Part shown: positions 9,790 through 19,812 of the stretch, in pieces
Layout of the letters: every line of letters starts with the position of its first letter
Position numbering within the stretch: the stretch's first letter is position 1
From: Promethearchaeota archaeon
GTDB lineage: Archaea; Asgardarchaeota; Lokiarchaeia; Sigyniarchaeales; SOKP01
Direction of reading: 5' to 3'
NCBI GenBank assembly: GCA_030599585.1
Contig: JAUVNS010000002.1
Coordinates: 96,001-160,000, forward strand
DNA length: 64,000 bases
The notes under the pieces: generated by a model
Database searches by the model: none
Seen by the model: the letters and a program-made list of their open reading frames with translations, nothing else
What the model was told of the DNA's origin: nothing
Made by a program: the position numbers and the translations under genes

Positions 9790-10737
9790 TCATCCTTTTT
9801 CAGTCATTCGGAGGTTTTTCGCTATAATTTTATCCTTTTCTTCTTGAGTGAGTTTTTCAATTCTTTCTTTTCTAAAAACCATGATAAATTGGTGTACAAT
9901 ACTCGGTATCCATGAATAATTGATCCCGTAAAGATGTAATTTTTTATTAACATCGTACCAGATTATCTCTGATTTTAGGACGTAACCGATTTGGCTTAAG
10001 ATGCGGGCAATGTCAGAGTTTAAAAGATGGTATTGCCCATCATGATACATGTTTCCTATAAAAACAGCGCAATATCGTCCCGGTTTTAAAAGTTTAAAGC
10101 ATTCGCTGAAAGTTTGCTTTATTAAAAGTTCCCAATCACGTTTATTTTGCTGTGAATCTTGAGAATTAGTGTTAAATTGGGATAATTTTGATTTATCGGA
10201 ATAGACTCCCTTAGATTCTTCTCCAACCTTTTTGTAAGTGCCCTTCGATTTCTTAACTGTGTCCATCTTCCAAAATGGAACATCTGTCAATATGAAATCC
10301 ACTTTAAAGTTTGGGTCTTCACTAAATTTACGAATAATTTCACGGGAATCACCCTTGATAACCCTTTGAGGGGTGATGGATTCAATTTTGCAGACTTCAT
10401 GATAAATATCAATCCATTCTTGGTTTATTTCAATCCCAATGCCGTTTCGATTGCTCAAATTGCATGCAATCAAAGTTCCTCCGACACCGCAGAAAGGATC
10501 AAGAATTAGGTCTTTCTCTTTAGTAAAAGTTTTAATCAACTTTTCACATAATTCTGGTGGTTTTTGACCTCCATGTTTATTCCTTAGATTTAATTGAAAA
10601 CTCGGAGGATATCCTTTTGGAATTACTGATTTTGTTGAAAATACCCACTCCTTACCAGTTAAATCGTTAACTTGGTTAGCGAGATCGTAAAAACCGCGAG
10701 ATTCACCATTTTTAGAGAGAAGTTCTATTTTTTTAAT
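9790..10737 (-). CDS. DNA amino-methyltransferase (N4-C/N6-A family)
   Basis: DPFCGVGGT, GIEIN, TDVPFW and IIWYD. The upstream in-frame extension NQVNDLTGKEW...HGGQKPPELCEKLI is family-like. ATT start at 10737 inferred from AGGTGA 7 nt upstream; the ORF track start is 10539. Confidence 0.8.
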   Translation of the reverse strand: MKKIELLSKNGESRGFYDLANQVNDLTGKEWVFSTKSVIPKGYPPSFQLNLRNKHGGQKPPELCEKLIKTFTKEKDLILDPFCGVGGTLIACNLSNRNGIGIEINQEWIDIYHEVCKIESITPQRVIKGDSREIIRKFSEDPNFKVDFILTDVPFWKMDTVKKSKGTYKKVGEESKGVYSDKSKLSQFNTNSQDSQQNKRDWELLIKQTFSECFKLLKPGRYCAVFIGNMYHDGQYHLLNSDIARILSQIGYVLKSEIIWYDVNKKLHLYGINYSWIPSIVHQFIMVFRKERIEKLTQEEKDKIIAKNLRMTEKG

Positions 10738-10937
10738 TTTAAATTCACCTGTACGAATTTTGTAGTAGATATTCCATAATTTTAATTCAACGAGAATGGA
10801 AGAAATTTCTATTTATTAAGATTTTAATAAGTATTAATTGATTAATATTTCAAGTAAATCCATCATATAAATAAAAATTTTTATACCTTAATTGAATCTA
10901 TTTTTATAAGCTTAATCAACTTTAGTGTGGTATATTT

Positions 10938-11699
10938 TTGAATTTTTATAGTCTTGATGATAAAGGAAATTTAATCGATCGAAGTAAATTAGAGTTTTAC
11001 GAGAATCATGTGTATTTGATTGATGATATTGAGAAAAAAACGCTTTACATCTGGGTGGGACTTAAAGTTCCCCAGTATAAAAAAGACCTAACAGCAGCTT
11101 GGGCTAGGAGATTTGACAAAGATCGTGGGGGTGCTTGTAAGATATTAATAATGATACAAAAGCGGGAATATGGATCATTTTTATCAATGATGGACCAGTT
11201 AAAAAAGGGACTAATACCTGGTGAATCAACTGGACGCAGACCTGAGCTGATATTAGAGCCACCTAAAGAAGTAGCACCATCAATTTCAGAGATTAAACCC
11301 CCAGAGATTGAAGAGGAAGACATTGAAGCAGGTGTGTTTGCATGGTTAACGCAACTAAAAAAACACAGAGCACCTGTTATCGAAATTGAGGAAGTTGAAA
11401 CTACAGAAGCTACAGAAAAAGATGATGAACTGATAGATGATGATGAAATTGGTTTAGAATCTCAAATCAGAGAAGGTGCTTATTATCTCTCATTAAAAAA
11501 ATACTCGTATAACGATTTATGCTGGTTATTAGCCGAAATTATTCTAAATATCAATTTAAACATGCCTTCGCTTGAAGATATTCGTAAAAAGGCAGAGGAA
11601 GTGTTTAATTCATCTAGCACTTATGATGAGTTGTGTTGGTTGAACGCTCAGATGGATGTTTTGATTGAACAGCAATTTCTGGAGAAAAAGAAAAAATAA
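10938..11699 (+). CDS. Single gelsolin-domain protein with acidic linker and duplicated C-terminal helical motif
   Basis: HVYLIDD...LYIWVG...K...A..AR.FD..RGG..KI...Q.RE...F matches a gelsolin repeat. The tail has IR..A.......Y..LCW..A twice. Confidence 0.75.
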   Translation: MNFYSLDDKGNLIDRSKLEFYENHVYLIDDIEKKTLYIWVGLKVPQYKKDLTAAWARRFDKDRGGACKILIMIQKREYGSFLSMMDQLKKGLIPGESTGRRPELILEPPKEVAPSISEIKPPEIEEEDIEAGVFAWLTQLKKHRAPVIEIEEVETTEATEKDDELIDDDEIGLESQIREGAYYLSLKKYSYNDLCWLLAEIILNINLNMPSLEDIRKKAEEVFNSSSTYDELCWLNAQMDVLIEQQFLEKKKK

Positions 11700-11749
11700 A
11701 AGGGGTTTTTTTCAAAAAATTAAATAATAAGAAAAAAATCACTTATTTT

Positions 11750-12088
11750 CTAAGCTTTTACCATGATTAGCATCATTTTAAAGCGTTCTAAAGCTTTTAG
11801 TGCGTGTGGATCGTTCGCTGGCATCGTTATCATTTGCCCTTTTTCTAAAATGTAAGGCTTTTTAGAAATTATAATTTCTGCTTTACCATCGATTATGTAA
11901 GCTATTGCATCAAATGGAGCTGTATGTTCGCTTAAGCCCTCGCCTTTATCAAAAGAAAACAAAGTTACCGTGCCCATTTTTTTGTTCATCAACATTCTAC
12001 TGACAACAGAGCCTTCTTGATAAGCTAGTAAAGTTTCTAAATCTAAAATTTCAGGATTTTCTTTATTATGTTCGCTCAAATATTTCAC
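11750..12088 (-). CDS. Cupin domain protein
   Basis: TLFSFDKGEGLSEHTAPFDA...G...MPANDPHALKA. Confidence 0.9.
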   Translation of the reverse strand: MKYLSEHNKENPEILDLETLLAYQEGSVVSRMLMNKKMGTVTLFSFDKGEGLSEHTAPFDAIAYIIDGKAEIIISKKPYILEKGQMITMPANDPHALKALERFKMMLIMVKA

Positions 12089-12303
12089 ATCTACTTTTCA
12101 ATTTTAATGATTTTTTAATAAGTATAGTTGTAAAGTGTTTATAAACCTAAATTCGAACATGTTTCATTTTGAGTTAGAAAGATAAAGAGATGGTTTGCAA
12201 TTTTGATAAAGGCTTAACAAATAATTTAATTTAAAAAATCTGACTAAAGTCAATAGGAGTTGTAATTCTTATCCTTCACTTATTAAGATTTAAGAATGAA
12301 TTA

Positions 12304-13278
12304 ATGATGACAACGCAAAAAAAGATGACTTCTAATTCGAAAGCTTACAAAATTTATACGGAATTTGCTGAAGAAAGGAAGATTATTTTGCATCATGGAG
12401 ATTCACTAAATTTCTTGAAGACTATACCTGACAACAGCCTAAATTTAATTGTGACCTCACCTCCTTATAATATTGGCAAAGATTACGAAGAAAAAGCAAC
12501 ATTAGAAGCGTATTTGAAAAATCAAGAAATAATCATTAAACAGCTTCATACTAAACTTAAAAGTGAAGGAAACATTTGTTGGGAAGTCGGAAATTACGTT
12601 AATAATGGTGAAATTTTCCCTTTAGATATCTATTTTTACGATATTTTCAAAAAATTAGGTATGAAATTGAGAAATAGAATCGTATGGCATTTTGGACATG
12701 GATTACATTGTAAGAATCGATTTTCGGGAAGATATGAGACAATTCTATGGTTTACAAAAACAGATGAGTATGTTTTCAATTTAGATTCGATACGAGTGCC
12801 AGCTAAATATCCCGGAAAACGTGCATATAAGGGACCAAATAAGGGTAAACTTTCTGGAAACCCATTAGGAAAAAATCCCTCGGATGTGTGGAAAATGTTA
12901 GAAGACGATTGGATGGCCGCTTTCTGGGAGTTTCCTAACGTTAAATCTAACCATCCAGAAAAAACAGTTCACCCGTGCCAGTTTCCAATAGAATTAGTAG
13001 AAAGATGTATTCTTGCTCTCACGAATAAGGGGGATTACGTTTTAGATCCCTTTTGCGGTGTAGGAACGACCCTAGTTGCCGGATTAAAGCATTCTCGAAA
13101 GGTTATCGGTGTAGATAAAGAATTAGAATATATAAAAATAGCTAGGAAAAGAATTACGCAATTTTTTGATGGAGATTTAAAATTTAGACCTTTAGGAAAA
13201 AAAGTACATCAACCTACAGGTCGAGAGAAAGTATCTAAAGTCCCTCCTGAATGGAAAGATTACACTAAAGAAAAATAG
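12304..13278 (+). CDS. Site-specific DNA methyltransferase, beta class (N4-cytosine/N6-adenine)
   Basis: TSPPYN comes before HPCQFP and DPFCGVGTT (beta motif order). Confidence 0.92.
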   Translation: MMTTQKKMTSNSKAYKIYTEFAEERKIILHHGDSLNFLKTIPDNSLNLIVTSPPYNIGKDYEEKATLEAYLKNQEIIIKQLHTKLKSEGNICWEVGNYVNNGEIFPLDIYFYDIFKKLGMKLRNRIVWHFGHGLHCKNRFSGRYETILWFTKTDEYVFNLDSIRVPAKYPGKRAYKGPNKGKLSGNPLGKNPSDVWKMLEDDWMAAFWEFPNVKSNHPEKTVHPCQFPIELVERCILALTNKGDYVLDPFCGVGTTLVAGLKHSRKVIGVDKELEYIKIARKRITQFFDGDLKFRPLGKKVHQPTGREKVSKVPPEWKDYTKEK

Positions 13279-13335
13279 TGGAATAATACCTCAGCCTTAA
13301 AAAAAATAATTATCAACTTTTTTAATTAAGAACTA

Positions 13336-14475
13336 TTGCTATACTGTATGAACCAAGAAAATATCGATTATTATCGAGAATTACAGAAGCATCTTGATAA
13401 AATGCCAGTTGGTTATCCAGCTACAGAATCGGGAATTGAAATTAAAATTTTGAAACATCTTTTTACTCAAGAACAAGCTCAAATCGCATTGAAATTGAAA
13501 TTTATAGCAGATCCGCTAAAAAAAATATATAGGAAATTGAAAAAAAGCGGTTTTTCTTCAGAAGAATTGGAGAAGAAACTAGATGAGATGTATTTCAAGG
13601 GTTTAATCAATCGTGGGGTTGTAAGAGAAGGAGAAACAGAGAATAAATACTACGGTAGTGCTCCTTTTGTAGTTGGAATGTTTGAGTATCAATTAAATCT
13701 ATTAACACCAGAATTCTTTAAAGACGCCCATCAATATATACAAGAAACATTTTTTAGTGAAGAATATAATAAATCGGGTGTTCCTCAATTACGCGTGATT
13801 CCATTAGATCAAACTGTTAATTTTGAACAAGCAATTGCAAATTACGACGATCTTAAACAAATTATCGAGAATATAGGAAAGCCGATTGCAGTAATGGACT
13901 GCATCTGCCGAAAAGGAAATGATCTTATAGGAGAACCTTGTACAAAGACGAAATTACTCGAGTCATGCTTTTCATTCAGAACCGCTGCTAAGATGAGTAT
14001 AGAAAAAGGTCTTGCGAGAGAAATTACTAAAGAAGAAGCATTTAAAATCTTAGAAAAAGCAGAAGAAGATGGTTTAGTGCTTCAACCGGGAAATTCTCAA
14101 AGACCAATGAATATATGTACCTGTTGTGGGTGTTGTTGTGGAGTCCTTACGAGCCAAAAACAACTACCTGAATTATCACATTTTTTCGCCACCAACTTTT
14201 ATGCTGAAGTTGATCCTGATTTATGTATAGGGTGCGCAATTTGTGAGGATAGATGCAATTTGGATGCTATTACTATTGAAGACGATATTGCTCAAGTAGA
14301 TAAAGGAAGGTGTATTGGATGTGGGGTATGCGTTCCTACTTGTACTTCAGAAGCAATGAAACTTTTTAAGAAAGAAGAAGAAACACTTCCTCCAACAAAT
14401 ACTTACTCAACTTATGTAACAATCATGGATAAAAAAGCAGAATTGGCAAGAGCTGAAAAAACTCAAATTCATTAA
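13336..14475 (+). CDS. Fe-S protein with Cys cluster and 2x[4Fe-4S] ferredoxin domain
   Basis: CICR, CTCCGCCC, CIGCAICEDRC and CIGCGVCVPTC. Paralog of 5878-6996. Likely ATG start at 13348. Confidence 0.85.
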   Translation: MLYCMNQENIDYYRELQKHLDKMPVGYPATESGIEIKILKHLFTQEQAQIALKLKFIADPLKKIYRKLKKSGFSSEELEKKLDEMYFKGLINRGVVREGETENKYYGSAPFVVGMFEYQLNLLTPEFFKDAHQYIQETFFSEEYNKSGVPQLRVIPLDQTVNFEQAIANYDDLKQIIENIGKPIAVMDCICRKGNDLIGEPCTKTKLLESCFSFRTAAKMSIEKGLAREITKEEAFKILEKAEEDGLVLQPGNSQRPMNICTCCGCCCGVLTSQKQLPELSHFFATNFYAEVDPDLCIGCAICEDRCNLDAITIEDDIAQVDKGRCIGCGVCVPTCTSEAMKLFKKEEETLPPTNTYSTYVTIMDKKAELARAEKTQIH

Positions 14476-14509
14476 ATTTTTTTAATCTTTTAAGTTAAGA
14501 GGGAGATAT

Positions 14510-15295
14510 ATGGGCTTACCAGGCATTACGAAAGAGCAGATGGCTGAAGTAGACCGTATAATGGTAGAAGATTTTAAAATCCCAGTTGAGCTTATGATGG
14601 AGCTCGCTGGATATAATTTGGCTAATCTAGCTTTAAATTTATCAAAAAATAAATATTCTAACTACATAATAATTGCTGGCACGGGAAACAACGCTGGAGG
14701 TGGCATTGTGGCAGCAAAGCGCTTAGTTTCTTGGGGATTAAGTGCTCAAATTATTTTTCCAAAGGGTGTGAATGAACTTAAAGATGTTCCCAAAGACCAG
14801 TTGAAAAGAGCAAAACTATTGGGAGTCGAAATTTTCAGTGAATTACCAGATAATTCTTTAGAGCTTAAGGACGATAGTTTTTTTATAGATGCCTATCTCG
14901 GATATGGGTTCACTCCCCGCCAGGATGATATTTCTGAAAATGTGTTTAATTTTGTTTCTAATATAAATAAAATACTTTCTTTAGATATTCCTTCTGGACT
15001 AGATGCAACAACGGGAAACAGGTATTCGAGCATCAACCCATTAGCAACTTTAACGCTAGGATTCGTTAAAAAGGGACTGCTCCTTACAGAGCATAAAAAC
15101 ATTGGGGAATTATATGTTGCTGATATAGGAATTCCTATAAGTATTTATTATAAAATCTTAAGAAATCAATGGAATCTCATTTATAAGAGGTCTAGTTTAG
15201 AAAAGCTGTATTTGGCATTTAAAAACAATTCTATGCAGAAAGTGGAAATAAATAAAAGCAAAGTCATAGATAGGAGTTATTGGACAATTTCTTAA
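14510..15295 (+). CDS. nnrE: NAD(P)H-hydrate epimerase (YjeF_N)
   Basis: LMMELAG, GTGNNAGGG, DAYLGYG, DIPSG and ADIGIP. Confidence 0.85.
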   Translation: MGLPGITKEQMAEVDRIMVEDFKIPVELMMELAGYNLANLALNLSKNKYSNYIIIAGTGNNAGGGIVAAKRLVSWGLSAQIIFPKGVNELKDVPKDQLKRAKLLGVEIFSELPDNSLELKDDSFFIDAYLGYGFTPRQDDISENVFNFVSNINKILSLDIPSGLDATTGNRYSSINPLATLTLGFVKKGLLLTEHKNIGELYVADIGIPISIYYKILRNQWNLIYKRSSLEKLYLAFKNNSMQKVEINKSKVIDRSYWTIS

Positions 15296-15451
15296 ATGAG
15301 TTTTCTACTTTGTTTGTCTCCAAACGTGAGGTTTTTACTTATAATTCACAACCAGACATGCGAATAGTTATTCATAAGCAATTTTTACACTAATCTTTTT
15401 ATACTAGCGTTACCTAAGCTACATGGAAATCTTAAATAAATTTCCAAAGTT

Positions 15452-16048
15452 TTGAGGTCAAATCTTATGAGTGAAGAATTAAGTGATGAACAATATTGGA
15501 AGAAGAAAATTAAGGAACATATGGCCTTATTCATTGTAGCAATTATAGCTGCAGTATTCGCTTTTATAGGGGCACTAGTAGTAATAATTTGGTTTATTGA
15601 ATCATCTCCGATTGGAAACTATGGTAATGCATTAATTGGGGATTGGAGCTTAAATTGGATTGTTGGATTTTATATACTAATCATTCTATGGGAGTTATTA
15701 TTTGTGGGGCTACCAGCAGGGTTATTTTTTGGCGTGGGCGGTTATATATGGTGGAGTAGATTATCAGATGAAGAAAAAGCCGAGTTTAAAGCCAGAGATA
15801 AGAAGAATAAGCATAGAAAGAGAAATGCTGGCGGTGGTGGTGGAGGCAGTTTTTTAATGTTTATAGCATATTGCATTTATATGGGAGTTCAAGGTAGTTA
15901 CTATGCACCATTTAGCAGCCAACCATATAGTTACTGGGTTTATGGTATGTTCTATACATTAATGTGGATGTTTATTATATTTGGAATCCCTATCTGTATA
16001 ATTCTATTAATTGTCTATTTGACGGTATGGCGGAATAAATCAGAATAA
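15452..16048 (+). CDS. Hypothetical multi-pass membrane protein
   Basis: About four hydrophobic segments and a basic/poly-Gly loop. Likely ATG start at 15467. Confidence 0.7.
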   Translation: MRSNLMSEELSDEQYWKKKIKEHMALFIVAIIAAVFAFIGALVVIIWFIESSPIGNYGNALIGDWSLNWIVGFYILIILWELLFVGLPAGLFFGVGGYIWWSRLSDEEKAEFKARDKKNKHRKRNAGGGGGGSFLMFIAYCIYMGVQGSYYAPFSSQPYSYWVYGMFYTLMWMFIIFGIPICIILLIVYLTVWRNKSE

Positions 16049-16053
16049 TTCAA

Positions 16054-16069
16054 TTTATTTTTTTTTTTT
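16054..16069 (+). terminator. Oligo-T tract, putative archaeal intrinsic terminator
   Basis: Long T run just after the stop at 16048, between convergent genes. Confidence 0.4.
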
Positions 16070-16113
16070 AATTTCTTAAAGAGACTAAAAACCAGAGGTA
16101 ACTCTAAAAATCA

Positions 16114-18402
16114 TTATTTTATTGGTTGAAATATTCCCTTTTCAATTAAATTAAAAATTGTTTGATAATCTTTAGGGGAAGAGGTGTTTTCTGGCATTAA
16201 ATATAGCGAATAGAAATAGTTGAAATTATTTTCTTTCATAAAAGTTCGAGCTTTAGCAACCATCTCTTTCTCAGACGTACTTAGCTTGATCTTAGGGTTT
16301 TCTGCGATTTTTAGCTGGTAAAGAAACGAGACATTCAAATGTTTTTCTATTAAGACACTCATATCCTTGAAGGGTTTCAAAATTCCTGTGAATTTGTCTA
16401 TATCTTCTCCATATTGGTTATATATATCGTAGGCTAAGTCTTCCATTATAAATTTAAAATTAGCAGATGGATTTTCTTTTAAGGTTATAATTAATTTTAA
16501 ATTAACAAATTCAGTTTGCATTACTATTGAATCCTTGTATTCTATATTCAATGTACGAGATTCCTTTGCAGATTCTGAAATCGTCGATCCAAAGTTACTA
16601 ATAGCTTGGAGGAATCCTGAAATTAAGCTAGTATCTATTTTTCTTCCGCCAAACGATTGAGAGAATACATCGATTCCGGATTTTGTATCAATGATGATGA
16701 TTTCGTTGATATTTGAAAGATCTGTAAATCTGTTCAAGAATTTTTCTAGTTTAGTTCTTTGACTCGAGTGGATCCTCTTGTATGCTATGAATGACATCAA
16801 TCCTAATACTGCCGCCCCAAGGATCACTATAAAGACAACTAAAGTAAATGGAAATTCAGGCGGTGGTGTTGGCGGCGGTTCTTCAACGGAAATCTCAAAT
16901 ATTTGCATTTGAACGCCAGCTTCTGTCTCAGTATCACTAAACCAGAACACATAGGCAGTATAAATTCCTTCTAGATCATCTAAGCTAAGGTTGTACGAAA
17001 AGGGAGTTGCTGAGGGGTATGTTATTGTCTGATCCGGTTGAGGTATACCAGCAGGATCAAGCAAAATAAAAGTATATGTTCCAGATAAGGAAGACACAGG
17101 GAGTAAGAATTCTATCTCTTGACCTAATACATAATCTGTTTTTTGAACATCTAAATCAAATTCAACATTCGTGGAATCAGCAACGATCTCCCAATCTGCT
17201 CCAATGGATATGGAATCGTTTAAAATAAGAATTTTGTGATCTGCTGTATCTACTATAACTTCAGATGTAATATCAACTTCATCTCTCAATACGCTTATAT
17301 TCTCCCAGCTACTTGGATAATTAAACAAAACACTATAATTGGTGGATTGTCTCGAGATTGTTGGATTTACACTCCACTTATTTGTTGTTCCATGTTGAAC
17401 TACAACGGAACTTGGAAAATTAAGATTATTAGAAAGAGTTATTGAATAACTAAGGTTAAAAAGTAAACTTTCTGAGGCTTTGTTGTTCACGATAATTTGG
17501 TAACTTTCACTATTCGGTGAGAAATTGACGGTAGTCTTTCCTAAATATCCCTCTTCTTCGCTTGTAATATTAGAAATCGAATAAAACTGATTATCAATGT
17601 TGACAGTCATATTAATTTCTTCTGGATAAACCGGAGTCTCTACTTTCTGAATCAATTTATGTAAATAGGTATGATTTTGTACTCCTGCGCTCCACTGCTC
17701 AGTTTGGTTGTAATAGGACGCATATAAACTCGGATCACTAGGATTATTGTCGTTATAATACCACCATATTCTATTGTCATTAGCGGCAACAATAGTAGAA
17801 CCATTTATTACTAAAAAATAATTACCTTCTGTTAATAAAATTGGGCTGGGAAGCATTTGTCTATACCATCCTTCTGTAGTGGACATATTAAGTTCCATCG
17901 ATGAATAAACTGAGCTATTAGGTTTATTATTTAGCGCGTCATAGCCCCTAATTTGAAGATTTATAATCTTAGGATTAGTCATTAATTTTTTTACCCCATA
18001 AATATCAACCCCAAAAATAGTAGTAGGTTCAGTTAGTTTGATTTGAATACCCAAACCTTTATTCCAGTCACCGCCATTTTGAAGATAAAGACGCTGATAG
18101 ACACCAGTGTAATTTTGGTCCTCAATAACTATTAATTCTTTTCCGAATTTTATGTCAGTAAAATTAAGTTCAATATCTTGAATAGACCATGAAGATGACG
18201 GTAATGTAATATCAATAGAATTTACATTTTGATCAGTTTCATTAAATTTGGAATATTCGATCATTTCGATATTTGTATTGAACGTAACGGGGGGTCCAGT
18301 GCCATTTGCGGTAATAAAATCTACTTTTATGAACAGAATTAAGAACATAAATAGAACGATCGACATGGCACCAATTCTATTAAAAATTCTTGTCTTCTTC
18401 AT
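16114..18402 (-). CDS. Single-pass membrane protein with ectodomain and cytoplasmic longin-like domain (paralog 2 of 3)
   Basis: Signal peptide, PEEINMT and DV.KT...GQE motifs shared with the paralogs, Pro-rich stalk, TM, then IIIIDTKSGIDVFS...LISGFLQAISNFG. Confidence 0.75.
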   Translation of the reverse strand: MKKTRIFNRIGAMSIVLFMFLILFIKVDFITANGTGPPVTFNTNIEMIEYSKFNETDQNVNSIDITLPSSSWSIQDIELNFTDIKFGKELIVIEDQNYTGVYQRLYLQNGGDWNKGLGIQIKLTEPTTIFGVDIYGVKKLMTNPKIINLQIRGYDALNNKPNSSVYSSMELNMSTTEGWYRQMLPSPILLTEGNYFLVINGSTIVAANDNRIWWYYNDNNPSDPSLYASYYNQTEQWSAGVQNHTYLHKLIQKVETPVYPEEINMTVNIDNQFYSISNITSEEEGYLGKTTVNFSPNSESYQIIVNNKASESLLFNLSYSITLSNNLNFPSSVVVQHGTTNKWSVNPTISRQSTNYSVLFNYPSSWENISVLRDEVDITSEVIVDTADHKILILNDSISIGADWEIVADSTNVEFDLDVQKTDYVLGQEIEFLLPVSSLSGTYTFILLDPAGIPQPDQTITYPSATPFSYNLSLDDLEGIYTAYVFWFSDTETEAGVQMQIFEISVEEPPPTPPPEFPFTLVVFIVILGAAVLGLMSFIAYKRIHSSQRTKLEKFLNRFTDLSNINEIIIIDTKSGIDVFSQSFGGRKIDTSLISGFLQAISNFGSTISESAKESRTLNIEYKDSIVMQTEFVNLKLIITLKENPSANFKFIMEDLAYDIYNQYGEDIDKFTGILKPFKDMSVLIEKHLNVSFLYQLKIAENPKIKLSTSEKEMVAKARTFMKENNFNYFYSLYLMPENTSSPKDYQTIFNLIEKGIFQPIK

Positions 18403-18486
18403 AAGATTATTTAAGTATATAACAATCTTGATAAAAAAGCTTTGTTTATTTTCTATAAAAAATTTGAAATGATAGGGGATTAATTT

Positions 18487-19773
18487 ATGGTACCAAAAAT
18501 AACTGAAGATATGAATGATTGGTTTGGATGGTTTCCAGCATCCACTTTTGAAAATAACTCATGTATTTTTATCCCAAGTATGGCAAATACTTGTGTTTTT
18601 GATACAAAAGAAGGTTTAGTAATCTTTGATGTTCCAATAAGGCAATTCGCACAAAAAACTTTCGACGCAATAAGGCACATTACTAAGAAACAAGTCAAAT
18701 ACATTATCTATTCACATGGGCATTTTGATCACGCTTTTGGCTATGGTCCTTTTATAGAAGAAGTAAGAAAAAAAGGTTGGGACATGCCCGAAGTAATTGC
18801 TCATGAGAATTGCATCAGACGATTTGAGAAATACGAAATTTTGGGAAAATATCACGATTGGATAAATAAGCAACAATTTGCCACTGTAAGTGGTAGGGGC
18901 CGAGATGCAGTCGTTTCTGCTCGCGAAACATTAGACCCTACCATTATTCTTAAAGGAAATGATTCTTCATACTCGTTTAAATTAGGTGGCATAAATTTCG
19001 AAATTTACCACGATATTGGTGAAACTGACGATTCAATTTGGTTATGGGTCCCTGAAAAGAAGACTATTTGTACAGGCGACTTAATTGTTTCGTCCTTCCC
19101 TAATATTGGTAACCCTTTTAAAGTCCAGAGATATCCTAAAGATTGGGCTATAGCAATGGAAAAAATGAGAGAAAAAAACGCAGAATACTTAGTTCCCGGT
19201 CATGGGAGACTTATCGAAGGTGCGGAAAAAGTTAGAGATGTTTTATCAATTACAGGGGAAGTGATGCATTTTGTCCACGATGAAGTGGTAAAAAGACTAA
19301 ACGAAGGGAAATGGTTCGAAGAAATCTACCACGAGATGCTAGAAATTTACCCCGAAAAATTCAAGAAACATAAGATTTTAAGAGGTATTTACGGATGTTA
19401 TCGTTTCGCTATACACGCGACTTACAGGCTTTACCACGGGTGGTATGATAGTGGAAATCCTACGGATCTTTTTCCAGCCAAAACTGATGATGTCGCTCGA
19501 GAATTCTTAAAAATAAGCAGCGAAGAAAGATATCTGGAACACGCCAAAAAGCTTTATTCTGAAAGTAAAAAACAACTTGCTTTACATGTTCTTGATATAA
19601 TTATAAAAGGAACTAATGAGAAAAATGGAGAACCTCTAGTTGAAGCCTTGAAGTTAAAAGTGAAGATCTTAAAGGAACAAGTAAAAATTGAAACCTCTTT
19701 CATTGCAGGGAACATTATCAATAACGCCGCTCATCAAATAAAAGGAAAATTGAAAGAATTGAAAACAAATTAA
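18487..19773 (+). CDS. Metallo-beta-lactamase fold alkyl-sulfatase-like hydrolase (SdsA-like, with dimerisation region)
   Basis: SHGHFDH, GETDD, GDL..PN.GNP.K.QRY, PGHG and Y.GWYD.GNP.DL.P. Confidence 0.8.
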   Translation: MVPKITEDMNDWFGWFPASTFENNSCIFIPSMANTCVFDTKEGLVIFDVPIRQFAQKTFDAIRHITKKQVKYIIYSHGHFDHAFGYGPFIEEVRKKGWDMPEVIAHENCIRRFEKYEILGKYHDWINKQQFATVSGRGRDAVVSARETLDPTIILKGNDSSYSFKLGGINFEIYHDIGETDDSIWLWVPEKKTICTGDLIVSSFPNIGNPFKVQRYPKDWAIAMEKMREKNAEYLVPGHGRLIEGAEKVRDVLSITGEVMHFVHDEVVKRLNEGKWFEEIYHEMLEIYPEKFKKHKILRGIYGCYRFAIHATYRLYHGWYDSGNPTDLFPAKTDDVAREFLKISSEERYLEHAKKLYSESKKQLALHVLDIIIKGTNEKNGEPLVEALKLKVKILKEQVKIETSFIAGNIINNAAHQIKGKLKELKTN

Positions 19774-19812
19774 ATTGAAAAGATAAGGATAATAACTACA
19801 AATTACGTTATT

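Noticed and set aside
15828-15848. GGC/GGT/GGA run (poly-Gly) as a contingency repeat
   Set aside because: The codons are mixed and in frame, encoding a Gly linker; it is not a slippage-type homopolymer or perfect repeat.
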